Shown here piece after piece: positions 39,371 through 47,825 of a DNA stretch of 53,067 nt; the first letter of the stretch is position 1, and the number at the start of each line of letters is the position of its first letter. The notes under the pieces are model-generated. The model saw only the letters and a program-made list of their open reading frames with translations. It was not told where the DNA came from and did not search any database. The position numbers and the translations under genes are program-made. The DNA is from a virus (taxonomy: Duplodnaviria > Caudoviricetes). The stretch covers positions 1 through 53,067 of the IMG/VR virus record IMGVR_UViG_3300043773_001180; one strand, given 5' to 3'.

Positions 39371-39822
39371 TAAAAATTTTCCTTTACAGAGAGATACTTT
39401 AAAACTTCTTTCCAGTTTGGGAATTTCGGACTACCGAAATGTATAAACTCACCACTAAATTCAGTTGAACCGTTTGCCGTTCTATCATCAATAAGATAAT
39501 TCCCCAAATTCAAAGACTTATTGTTTGATAGAATAAGTTTCTTATAAGCAATACTACCAAACTTTTCATCTATCCACAATCTCTTATCTATAAATGAACT
39601 TGGATTTTCCCATTCAGCAGTTGATAAAAAATAAACATTGAATTTTGTATTCAAGAAATTTACCGCATCATAGGCATCTGGAATCAATTCAAGGTCTCGG
39701 TAAAATCCAGGAGGAGTCGGTGGTATATGATACGGGTCTATCTTTCTTCCATACATTCTTTCCCATTTACCTGCAAAATCTGCAACAACCCCATCCATAT
39801 CAACGTAAACTATTTTTTTCAC
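39370..39822 (-). CDS. 5'(3')-deoxyribonucleotidase (HAD/NT5C family)
   Basis: YVDMDGV, LST, K..W, LIDD; likely GTG start at 39822 after GAGG. Confidence 0.85.
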   Translation of the reverse strand: MKKIVYVDMDGVVADFAGKWERMYGRKIDPYHIPPTPPGFYRDLELIPDAYDAVNFLNTKFNVYFLSTAEWENPSSFIDKRLWIDEKFGSIAYKKLILSNNKSLNLGNYLIDDRTANGSTEFSGEFIHFGSPKFPNWKEVLKYLSVKENF

Positions 39823-40036
39823 TATCAACCTCGTTATCAGTTTGTCCATCGAATACATTATCATCAGAATCTAAACTACTATTGATTTCGTCTATATTGA
39901 TTTTGTTCAAGTTAATTTTGTTTTGCCTACGATTTTTGTTTCTATCATAAGAATCTAACTTCTTTGATTTTGAAACTTCGTAACCGTCTTCAAACTTGGT
40001 CGTATTTGAAATACGTAATTTGTAATCCCGTCCCAT
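39800..40036 (-). CDS. Small hypothetical protein
   Basis: Directly downstream of a promoter-like motif. Confidence 0.55.
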   Translation of the reverse strand: MGRDYKLRISNTTKFEDGYEVSKSKKLDSYDRNKNRRQNKINLNKINIDEINSSLDSDDNVFDGQTDNEVDSEKNSLR

Positions 40037-40064
40037 CTTCTTATATCTAATGTATAATAATGTT

Positions 40065-40096
40065 ACAACATACGAAAAAAATTTGTAATATCCAAA
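40065..40096 (-). promoter_or_regulatory. Variant Bacteroidota-type promoter TTTG-N20-TATGTTG
   Basis: Same spacing as other copies; imperfect -7 box. Confidence 0.55.
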
Positions 40097-40102
40097 TATT
40101 TT

Positions 40103-40402
40103 TTAAAATTTATTTTTGCTGTCACAACTAAATCGTTTCTTAACGTAATATGAAATAGTCTCATAATAATCTTTTTTGGACGGATTGTTTTTGATTGCAT
40201 TTTTCATATATTCATCCACCATATCATCATCTATATGATATGAAGAACTCGTGGTACTTTGATATTGCTTCAGTATGTTTTCAGTTGTTATGATTGCATC
40301 GTTTATATGAAACTCGTCATAATCTGAAATTTCTACTTTGTACTCTCGTAGTAAACCTTCCAAACGAAACATCCATTCAATATAATCATTTTTTACTTCC
40401 AC
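40103..40402 (-). CDS. Hypothetical protein
   Basis: ORF in operon. Confidence 0.6.
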   Translation of the reverse strand: MEVKNDYIEWMFRLEGLLREYKVEISDYDEFHINDAIITTENILKQYQSTTSSSYHIDDDMVDEYMKNAIKNNPSKKDYYETISYYVKKRFSCDSKNKF

Positions 40403-40865
40403 CCTTTTTTAGTTTAATAAGTTGAATACTGGTAACGCCACCATCATCTGTGATTATGACATTATATCTTGATTGTATCAAAACACCATATAACCAACCC
40501 AAAAACGTATTTATCTCTTTTAGATATTGGGCATCATCATTTTTGTTATTGTCTGGAACTTTTTTATTTGAGTTAGGTAATTTACCGTCATCCTCTGAAA
40601 ATAAGTCTTCACCAAATAGGTCAAAATCATCTTGATTAGAATCGAAATCTGTGTTATCTTCGTTATTTTGTTCAGGATTGTTTTTAATATTATCACTTAT
40701 TTTTTTGATAATATCACGAATAATCTCTGAATCATATAGTCTATTAAATCTATCTAAAAAAAGTTTCTTCTGTTCTGCCGTCATCTTCTCACTACGTTTA
40801 CCACCCATATCAATCTCATAGTAATTGAGCATTGACTTAATTTTTTCTTTTTGATTTTTCGTCAT
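40386..40865 (-). CDS. Hypothetical protein with acidic linker
   Basis: AGGA ribosome-binding site; overlapping operon. Confidence 0.65.
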   Translation of the reverse strand: MTKNQKEKIKSMLNYYEIDMGGKRSEKMTAEQKKLFLDRFNRLYDSEIIRDIIKKISDNIKNNPEQNNEDNTDFDSNQDDFDLFGEDLFSEDDGKLPNSNKKVPDNNKNDDAQYLKEINTFLGWLYGVLIQSRYNVIITDDGGVTSIQLIKLKKGGSKK

Positions 40866-41124
40866 ATCCGTTTCCTACATGGGTTAAAGATTTTAAAACA
40901 TCATCGTACTCGTAATGACCATTTTGGATTTTTATCAATGAGTATTCTTTTATCGTTCTTAATAACTTTTCATTGTGATTACCAGATTCAATCAATTTTA
41001 AGAAAGATTCTTTTTGTGGACATATTCTACTACTGATACTGATTTGATTAGACTTAGTTAAAACCATATTTGTTCCAATCATTGAGAGTATAAACAATAT
41101 GGTGTATAATATAAATGTTTCCAT
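40837..41124 (-). CDS. Hypothetical membrane-anchored protein
   Basis: N-terminal hydrophobic helix. Confidence 0.6.
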   Translation of the reverse strand: METFILYTILFILSMIGTNMVLTKSNQISISSRICPQKESFLKLIESGNHNEKLLRTIKEYSLIKIQNGHYEYDDVLKSLTHVGNGYDEKSKRKN

Positions 41125-41157
41125 GTAGTTTTGTATTTAGTTATGAAATCTTTTAGT

Positions 41158-41167
41158 TATAAATATA
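41158..41167 (-). promoter_or_regulatory. Putative late promoter TATATTTATA
   Basis: Conserved motif 34 bp upstream of an ATG. Confidence 0.55.
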
Positions 41168-41182
41168 CATGAGGTTGATAAT

Positions 41183-41255
41183 AAAAACAGGGCAGAAGAA
41201 CTTATTTGGTCGGTATATGTTTTTTGGTTATTACACCATATACGTTCTTCTGCCC
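41183..41255 (-). terminator. Large bulged hairpin followed by a T-run
   Basis: gggcagaagaac/gttcttctgccc 12-bp stem enclosing a gtatatg/catatac stem. Confidence 0.5.
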
Positions 41256-41263
41256 ATAACATA

Positions 41264-41761
41264 TTACAATTTTGAAATCGCCGTTATATTTCTATTTTCC
41301 AATTCTACATTAAACCTCTTAGATACCTTCACCCAATACTTGTTAGTTTGGCGTTTACGGTCTCCATTCGGTCCACCATTCCACTTTCTTGCCATTACCT
41401 TAATATCAGTAACCGAGAGTGAATCCCAATTCATCTTGGGATTGTAGAATTTCTGGTAAATCCAAAACATTTCTTCCGATTTGTTTGGATTGTGTCTATC
41501 GGAAAGAGTAAATTGCTTTTTCAAACCACGAATCTTACAGATTCTATTTACCTCTTTCACCATTACGGGTTTGATTTGGATTACTCCAACCGAACCATCT
41601 TTGGATTTTGCTTTGGGATTGCCTTTTGACTCAACCCATGCAATAGACGAATACAACACATCTTTTACTGCCTCGTTCTTTTCAAAAGGTTTCATTGCCA
41701 CAAGGACAATTCCTATCATTAAAAAACAGATGAGTGTAACGTTTTTGCGCTTGTTGTTCAT
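41264..41761 (-). CDS. Lytic transglycosylase/lysozyme-like protein with signal anchor
   Basis: VES catalytic Glu motif, GVIQI, WNGG; basic plus hydrophobic N-terminus from MNNKRK. Confidence 0.75.
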   Translation of the reverse strand: MNNKRKNVTLICFLMIGIVLVAMKPFEKNEAVKDVLYSSIAWVESKGNPKAKSKDGSVGVIQIKPVMVKEVNRICKIRGLKKQFTLSDRHNPNKSEEMFWIYQKFYNPKMNWDSLSVTDIKVMARKWNGGPNGDRKRQTNKYWVKVSKRFNVELENRNITAISKL

Positions 41762-41887
41762 AATAAATCTCGCATTTGTGGATAATTTGTTTTCATTCTT
41801 TGTGTTACAAATTGTAACACAGGTGTTATTACAACACATTATACCGACCATGTATAACTATGTTTTTTTCCGTAATATGTTTTGTTT

Positions 41888-42217
41888 TTAAATTAAGGTA
41901 TCTATTGTTTGTTGTTTATCAGTTGTGTTGTTCTTAGTATAAGCACCAAAGTCTTGGTCTGGTTTCTTCTTTACTTCCACCGTTTCTTCTTGAGATTCTT
42001 CCAGTAGGTTTACAAGTTCATTTGGGTCTATATCTCTGTATTGAGTCTCCAATACAGCGTGACAACAATACCAGTTTCCTTGATTGTCTTTTAACAATTT
42101 ATTTGTATTTAGTTCTTCGTGTATCAGATTCGCCTGTTCTTCTGTTGTGGTATTTCTTAATTTTCTAACTATGAAATAGATCTCATTATCTAGTTTAATA
42201 TAATTTCTTGTAAGCAT
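41888..42217 (-). CDS. Hypothetical protein
   Basis: 109-aa ORF downstream of a promoter. Confidence 0.6.
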   Translation of the reverse strand: MLTRNYIKLDNEIYFIVRKLRNTTTEEQANLIHEELNTNKLLKDNQGNWYCCHAVLETQYRDIDPNELVNLLEESQEETVEVKKKPDQDFGAYTKNNTTDKQQTIDTLI

Positions 42218-42350
42218 ATAGTATTAGTATTATAGTAATATAGTATTATAGTTTAGATCTATAATTTAGATCTATAGTTAATATAGATATACTTAATATA
42301 AAGATCTAATAGTTACAGTTTTTTAGGTGTACACTTTTTCCGTGTACACT
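42217..42350. other. AT-rich iterated region, candidate replication origin
   Basis: TATAGT x5, AGATCTA x3, GTGTACACT x2. Confidence 0.4.
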
Positions 42351-42351
42351 A

Positions 42352-42383
42352 CAAAGATACAAAATTTTTCAATACGAGTCAAG
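42352..42383 (-). promoter_or_regulatory. Bacteroidota-type promoter CTTG-N20-TATCTTTG
   Basis: -7 consensus with conserved spacing. Confidence 0.65.
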
Positions 42384-42389
42384 CAAAAT

Positions 42390-42698
42390 TTATCGGATGT
42401 TCAAAATATTTTTAAGACGATGTTCTTTCTTCCAGCCTGCCTGATATTTTGAATCAGTATAGTAAATTACCAGGTCTGAACTGTATTTAGATTGTACAAG
42501 TGATACAGAGAAATTTGAATTGTATCTATCGGTTGTACGAAACCAAATTTGCTCTTGTTTTTTTGCCTCATACCTACTTTCAGTTTCCCAAACCCACAAG
42601 TCTGCCTCGTACTTGTTTTTGGTTACGAATACCTTATAGTCACCATTTTTGGTCGGTGAAATGAACACCAGTGACAAAATGACCAATATACTACCCAT
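42390..42698 (-). CDS. DUF6150-like secreted protein
   Basis: Signal-like N-terminus; repeated KYEADL / KYSSDL / KYQAGW. Confidence 0.6.
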   Translation of the reverse strand: MGSILVILSLVFISPTKNGDYKVFVTKNKYEADLWVWETESRYEAKKQEQIWFRTTDRYNSNFSVSLVQSKYSSDLVIYYTDSKYQAGWKKEHRLKNILNIR

Positions 42699-42810
42699 AA
42701 AACCCCCATTTTACCCCTCTGGCGTCCTCGCCACGAGGTCAAAACCCCGATAGGTATAGTTACCTATGGGTGTGAAAAAAAACCCCTTAAATTTTCAAAA
42801 TTTGACGTAT

Positions 42811-42883
42811 TGTAAGTGTTTGGGGTGTAAAGACTTACAAAAAACCCCGTAAGTCATTGATTTATATGAACTTACGGGGGTTT
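42811..42883. repeat. Two GTAAGT-N15-ACTTAC palindromes; the second forms a terminator-like hairpin
   Basis: 42812-42838 and 42849-42875; aaaccccgtaag/cttacgggggttt. Confidence 0.75.
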
Positions 42884-42910
42884 ATCACATTTATACCAAC
42901 TACCAACTAC

Positions 42911-43318
42911 TTACATACCCATAAGGACATCTGGACGAACAATCATATCAATGTTTTCACCACCATCGTGAACCAATGCGTTCTGTTCATCCCAAGAAAT
43001 TATCCCATAACCATCCTGACATCCGTATCGTTGATAATATCCCTCATATTCCTCGAATGATTCGTGTGGATTAAATTGACTATCAAAAAACGGAACGTCA
43101 CCTGTTTCTCTCAATAGACTCTCTTCAAGAGAATTTATCTCTGACAAATAATTGGATTGTATTTCTTCCGGTTGATTGGAAATAATATCATACATTTCCA
43201 TACGAGTAGAAATTAAGTTAGTGTACTTGTCTTGTATTTGTTCTAACGAGTTACACATAACTACGTTTCTCCATTCATCCGAATAGGTTTCCTTTAATTT
43301 CTTAAAATTATTGTTCAT
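42911..43318 (-). CDS. Acidic hypothetical protein
   Basis: ORF in operon. Confidence 0.65.
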   Translation of the reverse strand: MNNNFKKLKETYSDEWRNVVMCNSLEQIQDKYTNLISTRMEMYDIISNQPEEIQSNYLSEINSLEESLLRETGDVPFFDSQFNPHESFEEYEGYYQRYGCQDGYGIISWDEQNALVHDGGENIDMIVRPDVLMGM

Positions 43319-43514
43319 TGATATAGTCCACGATTTTCGATTCTGAAACTGTTTTTACTTCAAACGGCTCGGTTGACTTTGCAAGATACTTGTGAATCTT
43401 GACTTCCGCGTCTGTTACCGATACCGCGTTTACCATGTATGTTCTTGTTTGATTTTTGATTTTTCCTTTTTCATTTTCAATTTCAAACTGAACTTTTGCT
43501 ATGTAGAAAGACAT
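43308..43514 (-). CDS. DUF4494-like protein
   Basis: FYIAKVQF..ENEKG..K...YMVNAVSVTDAE; AAGGAG ribosome-binding site. Confidence 0.65.
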   Translation of the reverse strand: MSFYIAKVQFEIENEKGKIKNQTRTYMVNAVSVTDAEVKIHKYLAKSTEPFEVKTVSESKIVDYINEQ

Positions 43515-43516
43515 AA

Positions 43517-43765
43517 TTACTCCTTGTTATTATTACGAATGTGTATGTTAGTTAATTGTTTACTATTGAGTTGTATTTTTCCTGTTAGTGATTTTATGTT
43601 GTAGTAACCTTTCTCGGTTCCTACTGAATCATTTTTCACACCGATAATTGTTTCTCCATTCTCTTGTAGAATGTATGTTGGTATAAAGTGTATGGGTATC
43701 TCGTTGTATTCGTCTGTGTATTTTGCAAATACTTTTTTACCTATTGGTATTTCTTTGATATTCAT
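43517..43765 (-). CDS. Hypothetical protein
   Basis: Tightly packed ORF. Confidence 0.6.
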   Translation of the reverse strand: MNIKEIPIGKKVFAKYTDEYNEIPIHFIPTYILQENGETIIGVKNDSVGTEKGYYNIKSLTGKIQLNSKQLTNIHIRNNNKE

Positions 43766-43766
43766 T

Positions 43767-44042
43767 TTATCTTACAAAGGGTTTTACAAAAACATTGTAG
43801 CCGAAAAACATAACAGGAAAGAGTAGTAAGGTGTATAGAAATAAATTACGGAAAACTAATTTATTACCTTCCAATTCTCGTATTCGGTTATACTTTGATA
43901 GTGAATTTATAAACTCATTACGAGATATATCTTTTCCAAATTTAGAATATACGCTTGGGTCTGATAAAAACACCATAGAAACCCCTTCACGTGAAGGGGT
44001 TTTCGACCAATTAAATGCCTGTGGTTTTGATTTCTTTTTCAT
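43767..44042 (-). CDS. Hypothetical protein with C-terminal TM helix
   Basis: Hydrophobic C-terminus. Confidence 0.6.
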   Translation of the reverse strand: MKKKSKPQAFNWSKTPSREGVSMVFLSDPSVYSKFGKDISRNEFINSLSKYNRIRELEGNKLVFRNLFLYTLLLFPVMFFGYNVFVKPFVR

Positions 44043-44064
44043 AGTAGTAATTCGTTGGTTAAAT

Positions 44065-46203
44065 TTATGCGGATAGCAATTTAGTATTGATAGATTTCGC
44101 GATACTTGTTATCTCGTTGGATGATGAAATACGAACGGCATTATCACCATAACATTCTTTCACCTCTGTCCAATCACGACCACCACTCCAACCACTTTGA
44201 ATAAAGTATGTTAGAAACTTTATACCATTACGTTGCATCTTTTTCATCTGTTGTTTAGAATGTTTCTGAGCAGCAGAACCGTTGTACAAAAACGTAGTAG
44301 AGTTTCTTGCAGAATACAACATATATGGCTGTCCATCACAAAGATTTATAAAATAAGCATCATTGTTACGTGATTGTGAAATTATCTCACTCATTATACC
44401 ATCAAAACACAATCCTTCTGGAGTTAGTCCGGTGCAATCTAATCTTGGGAATATATCTAAAATATCTCGAATACTATTTTTCTTTGAATCAAAGATATAC
44501 ATCAAATAAGGAATTTGTGTACTTGCCCCAAACCGATTACGTCGTGATGCATTTGAAGAATCAGAAAAGGTACTACGAACAGAAACTTGAATGTGTACAT
44601 TCGTTAACATTTTAGATACGGTTGCCATCATCGCTGCAAACTTCAATGATTCTTCCCACTTTGAACCTTGCATAGAACCCGATTGGTCAACCGATATGTG
44701 AATGTATGCGGGTTTATACGATGATATATTTATCTTTGAAAATACATCAAAGTTATCAAAACCAATTTCGTGTAACAATCGGTTATCCAATTTACCGCTG
44801 TCTAAACGTGTTGACTTTGTTACACGTTCCTCATTACGAACCTGAAGTTTCTTTGCGAGAATTTTTCCGTTTTTAACACCTTCCGATATAAGATTATATG
44901 CAAATGTATAACCCCAGCCGTTGGAATCTCTTGTTACACCATAAGGAAGTCCGGCACCACTATCCATAAAGATTTTGTTAACATTTCTTACAATGTAAAG
45001 TGGAACACCACTAGCATTATCGGAAGAAAACTCAGAGTTCTGTCCAACAATCTTTTTGTCCAAATCAATAGACGCAAATCCGGAGATTAACAAATTATCG
45101 TTTTTAGTTACAGACTTCTTTTTCAAAGTACCATTTGTAACTTCTAATTGTTTTTCATGTAATTTGTAAATGGTTTTTACCATAGAATCTGAAAGATTTT
45201 CCATCTGGTTAGTCTCGTTGGTATCTTCTGAATCCATGTCATTTTGAGATTCGTTGGTATCTTCTGAATCCATGTCATTTTGAGATTCGTTGGTATCTTC
45301 TGAATCCATGTCATTTTGAGACTTCTCATCGTTATCATTTGTTTCCGACGAATTATCTGTACCATTACTCGTATTGTTGGTAGTGGAAGGTTTTTCGTTT
45401 TCCAAATAGTGACGTATTGTACTAAAAATATCAAAGGATAGGTTTAGACGTTTATGGGTTTCATCCAAACGTGTGATATTTTGAAGGTCTATAAGTTTGA
45501 AGATTTCTTCTAACTTAGGTAGTGCCTTTAAGTTACGTTTTGGGTTACGGATATTTACAATGTGGTAAATGTAATTATCCCAATTAGGTACGGAGTATTG
45601 TAATGACCACATACCTTTAACGAGTTTATCACTACCAAAATATTTTTGGTACAACGCCGCATAATACCCACGATAACCAGGAGCTGCCTTGTACGTCATT
45701 GCATCAATATACAAATCTTCAATTACGTTAAAAATAGTTTTAACGAAGTATTGCTCTCTATAATCAAGAGCATCTATGAAATCACGTGAAGTCTTAAAAT
45801 CTGTATAAAGAATGTGTGATGATTCGTGTAAGGCAAGACCAACGGCGGTATCAAATTCTTTTTCCTGAATGTTCGCGGAAAGTGTTATAGTCTTACCGTC
45901 TGTGTAAGATTCACCCGTTGTGTGATACTTTACGGCTATATCATTTCGTCCTGTTAAGATACGAACAAAGTTTGAAATGGCACGTTGGTATTGAGCCAGT
46001 TGAAGATAGTCAAACTTCTTTTCCGTTTCTACGGATTTATAGTCATTGAAGAATGACTGTTTGCGGTCAAAGATACTATCCTTCAACCAATAGTTTGAAG
46101 ATTGGTATGAAGATTCACGTTTCGTCTGCCAGATACTTGAACGATTGTAACCAATCGTGCTTGACTTTTTATCTGAAAGAAACGAGTAGTTTGGCTTAGC
46201 CAT
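44065..46203 (-). CDS. HExxH metallopeptidase-like plus vWA (MIDAS) protein, CobT/MoxR-partner type
   Basis: YTDG..I, LHESSH, NVIED; acidic linker; VDQSGSM, TPEG, LCDGQP. Confidence 0.8.
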   Translation of the reverse strand: MAKPNYSFLSDKKSSTIGYNRSSIWQTKRESSYQSSNYWLKDSIFDRKQSFFNDYKSVETEKKFDYLQLAQYQRAISNFVRILTGRNDIAVKYHTTGESYTDGKTITLSANIQEKEFDTAVGLALHESSHILYTDFKTSRDFIDALDYREQYFVKTIFNVIEDLYIDAMTYKAAPGYRGYYAALYQKYFGSDKLVKGMWSLQYSVPNWDNYIYHIVNIRNPKRNLKALPKLEEIFKLIDLQNITRLDETHKRLNLSFDIFSTIRHYLENEKPSTTNNTSNGTDNSSETNDNDEKSQNDMDSEDTNESQNDMDSEDTNESQNDMDSEDTNETNQMENLSDSMVKTIYKLHEKQLEVTNGTLKKKSVTKNDNLLISGFASIDLDKKIVGQNSEFSSDNASGVPLYIVRNVNKIFMDSGAGLPYGVTRDSNGWGYTFAYNLISEGVKNGKILAKKLQVRNEERVTKSTRLDSGKLDNRLLHEIGFDNFDVFSKINISSYKPAYIHISVDQSGSMQGSKWEESLKFAAMMATVSKMLTNVHIQVSVRSTFSDSSNASRRNRFGASTQIPYLMYIFDSKKNSIRDILDIFPRLDCTGLTPEGLCFDGIMSEIISQSRNNDAYFINLCDGQPYMLYSARNSTTFLYNGSAAQKHSKQQMKKMQRNGIKFLTYFIQSGWSGGRDWTEVKECYGDNAVRISSSNEITSIAKSINTKLLSA
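45215..45321. repeat. 36-bp tandem repeat x3 (SQNDMDSEDTNE)
   Basis: Directly visible in the linker. Confidence 0.95.
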
Positions 46204-46237
46204 AGGTATAACCTTATATGATGATAAAATGTGAATA

Positions 46238-46269
46238 CAAAGATAAGTATTTTTTTGTTACCAACCAAA
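46238..46269 (-). promoter_or_regulatory. Bacteroidota-type promoter TTTG-N20-TATCTTTG
   Basis: Consensus match upstream of the vWA gene. Confidence 0.8.
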
Positions 46270-46294
46270 TAAATTTTTCAATGTGGAAAACTTT

Positions 46295-46400
46295 TTATGT
46301 GGTTGGGATATAAGGACTTACGTGTGTTTAGTGTGTAAGTCCTTATTTTATTAGACTTACGTTATAAATCGTTGTAAGTCTTTTGTTGCCAATAGGTTAT
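46295..46400. repeat. Three copies (one good, two degenerate) of the GTAAGT-N14/15-ACTTAC palindrome
   Basis: 46295-46321, 46335-46360, 46374-46400. Confidence 0.65.
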
Positions 46401-46408
46401 GATATATC

Positions 46409-46888
46409 CTATCCAAAGTAGATTTCTATTTTTGCCTCATTTTCATCGGTTACGATGGTATCGTACTCCCAGAGAATGTTATGGTGAAACTTGGAAATGT
46501 CCGCAATATGTTCTTTCATTTCTCCGTGGCTTCCATCGTCGTAATGTGTATCGAAGGATGAAAATATACTCTTGAAAAATTCCAATGTTTCATCCGCATT
46601 TTTCGATGCCGAATCATTCACTTCCATATATTCGTTCACCTTTTCTTTCAAGAGAGAATCATCCGTGAGAAAATACATACATAAGTTCATTGCATTTTCT
46701 ATCGTCTCTCGATTAAATTCCAAAGTAGAGCCGTTGCCGGAAACACCACCATCCGCAGCGGATGCACCCACCAACGTGTTGTAAAACAATGCTCTTCGTA
46801 GTTTGTTGAATGCACTGATTCGTAAATACGAAACTTCTTTAGGTTCTTCAGTTTTTGTTCTGATGTATGCAGATATATCGTGACCCAT
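46409..46888 (-). CDS. Hypothetical protein
   Basis: MGHDISAY...IEIYFG; AAGGA upstream. Confidence 0.7.
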   Translation of the reverse strand: MGHDISAYIRTKTEEPKEVSYLRISAFNKLRRALFYNTLVGASAADGGVSGNGSTLEFNRETIENAMNLCMYFLTDDSLLKEKVNEYMEVNDSASKNADETLEFFKSIFSSFDTHYDDGSHGEMKEHIADISKFHHNILWEYDTIVTDENEAKIEIYFG

Positions 46889-46907
46889 AGGTATATTATT
46901 CCTTATA

Positions 46908-47225
46908 TTATCGTTTTACAGATACAACTTTTTTAACTTTGTTTTTACTACCGGCAGGACGACCTCTACGTTTCTTCTCACCATCTACCGAAGAAACGGT
47001 GGACTTTTTTACAACAGGGGCAGGCATCATCGTTGCAACACAGGAAGGACAAACGTATCTAACTATTCCATTTTGGTGTGGTATATTCGATTCACACTTG
47101 TTTCCGCCCCAATATGGGGTTTTGTTTTTGGTATTGTTGATACAATATATTTTACCACGTTTTACCTTCGATTGTTCGATAGGTAGTTTTTTTGTGGTTT
47201 TTGTGGGTTTACGTCCACGTTTCAT
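46908..47225 (-). CDS. AT-hook plus C4 Zn-finger-like DNA-binding protein
   Basis: KRGRKP, RRGRPAGSKNK, CINN..C..CPSC. Confidence 0.65.
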   Translation of the reverse strand: MKRGRKPTKTTKKLPIEQSKVKRGKIYCINNTKNKTPYWGGNKCESNIPHQNGIVRYVCPSCVATMMPAPVVKKSTVSSVDGEKKRRGRPAGSKNKVKKVVSVKR

Positions 47226-47270
47226 AAGTTTTACCTTATATGTGAGAAATACACTACTTCATTTATTCTA

Positions 47271-47302
47271 CAAATTTAAGGGGTTATTACTAACATCACA
47301 AT
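47271..47302 (-). promoter_or_regulatory. Bacteroidota-type promoter ATTG-N20-TAAATTTG
   Basis: -7 consensus with conserved spacing. Confidence 0.6.
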
Positions 47303-47343
47303 GAATTTTTCATTAATTTTTGTTAATAATAACCCCTAAATTT
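47272..47343. repeat. Imperfect inverted repeat with 23-24-bp arms overlapping the promoter
   Basis: aaatttaaggggttattactaaca / tgttaataataacccctaaattt. Confidence 0.8.
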
Positions 47344-47362
47344 CTTCAAATTTGACCTATCT

Positions 47363-47671
47363 TCAATCTTGCATATCCTCACCAAAGTTATATTGGTCTA
47401 TTTTATAGTGGTTTGGAAAGAACGAATCATCGTTGAATGCCGATTCATCAAACAATCTCTTCTCCATAATCATTTCTGTTATTTGAAGAAACGTGTTAAT
47501 CAACTGGTCTTCGTCTAATTCCATCAATTCCTGTTCACTACATTCCTCTACTTCCATACCGGAACTAGAATCCAATTCGTTGCACATTTCTATAATCGTC
47601 TTAACTATTTTGTTTTGTAGGTTTTCCATCTGCATTTCCTTTTGAATGTTTAACTGATAAAATATCTTCAA
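47363..47671 (-). CDS. Acidic hypothetical protein (true start probably near 47629-47635)
   Basis: AAGGA precedes MQMENL. Confidence 0.6.
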   Translation of the reverse strand: MKIFYQLNIQKEMQMENLQNKIVKTIIEMCNELDSSSGMEVEECSEQELMELDEDQLINTFLQITEMIMEKRLFDESAFNDDSFFPNHYKIDQYNFGEDMQD

Positions 47672-47825
47672 TATCTTGTCTTACTAATTCTCTTTCCACT
47701 CCATCTTCTATTACAACCATACCAAGAAATTTTTGGTAACGTAATATGGTTTCTATACCCATCCCACTTTCCCACATATTTACGAGGGAATCTTCGTTTA
47801 ACCTATGTACGATTAGTTTATTCAT
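47601..47825 (-). CDS. Hypothetical protein
   Basis: Overlapping operon ORF. Confidence 0.55.
   Translation of the reverse strand: MNKLIVHRLNEDSLVNMWESGMGIETILRYQKFLGMVVIEDGVERELVRQDIEDILSVKHSKGNADGKPTKQNS

Noticed and set aside
45215-45321. 36-bp repeats of CRISPR-like length
   Set aside because: Head-to-tail with no spacers, inside a protein linker
47272-47343. Invertible (phase-variable) promoter
   Set aside because: The -7 box lies in and beyond the arm rather than between the arms, and no invertase is present in the window
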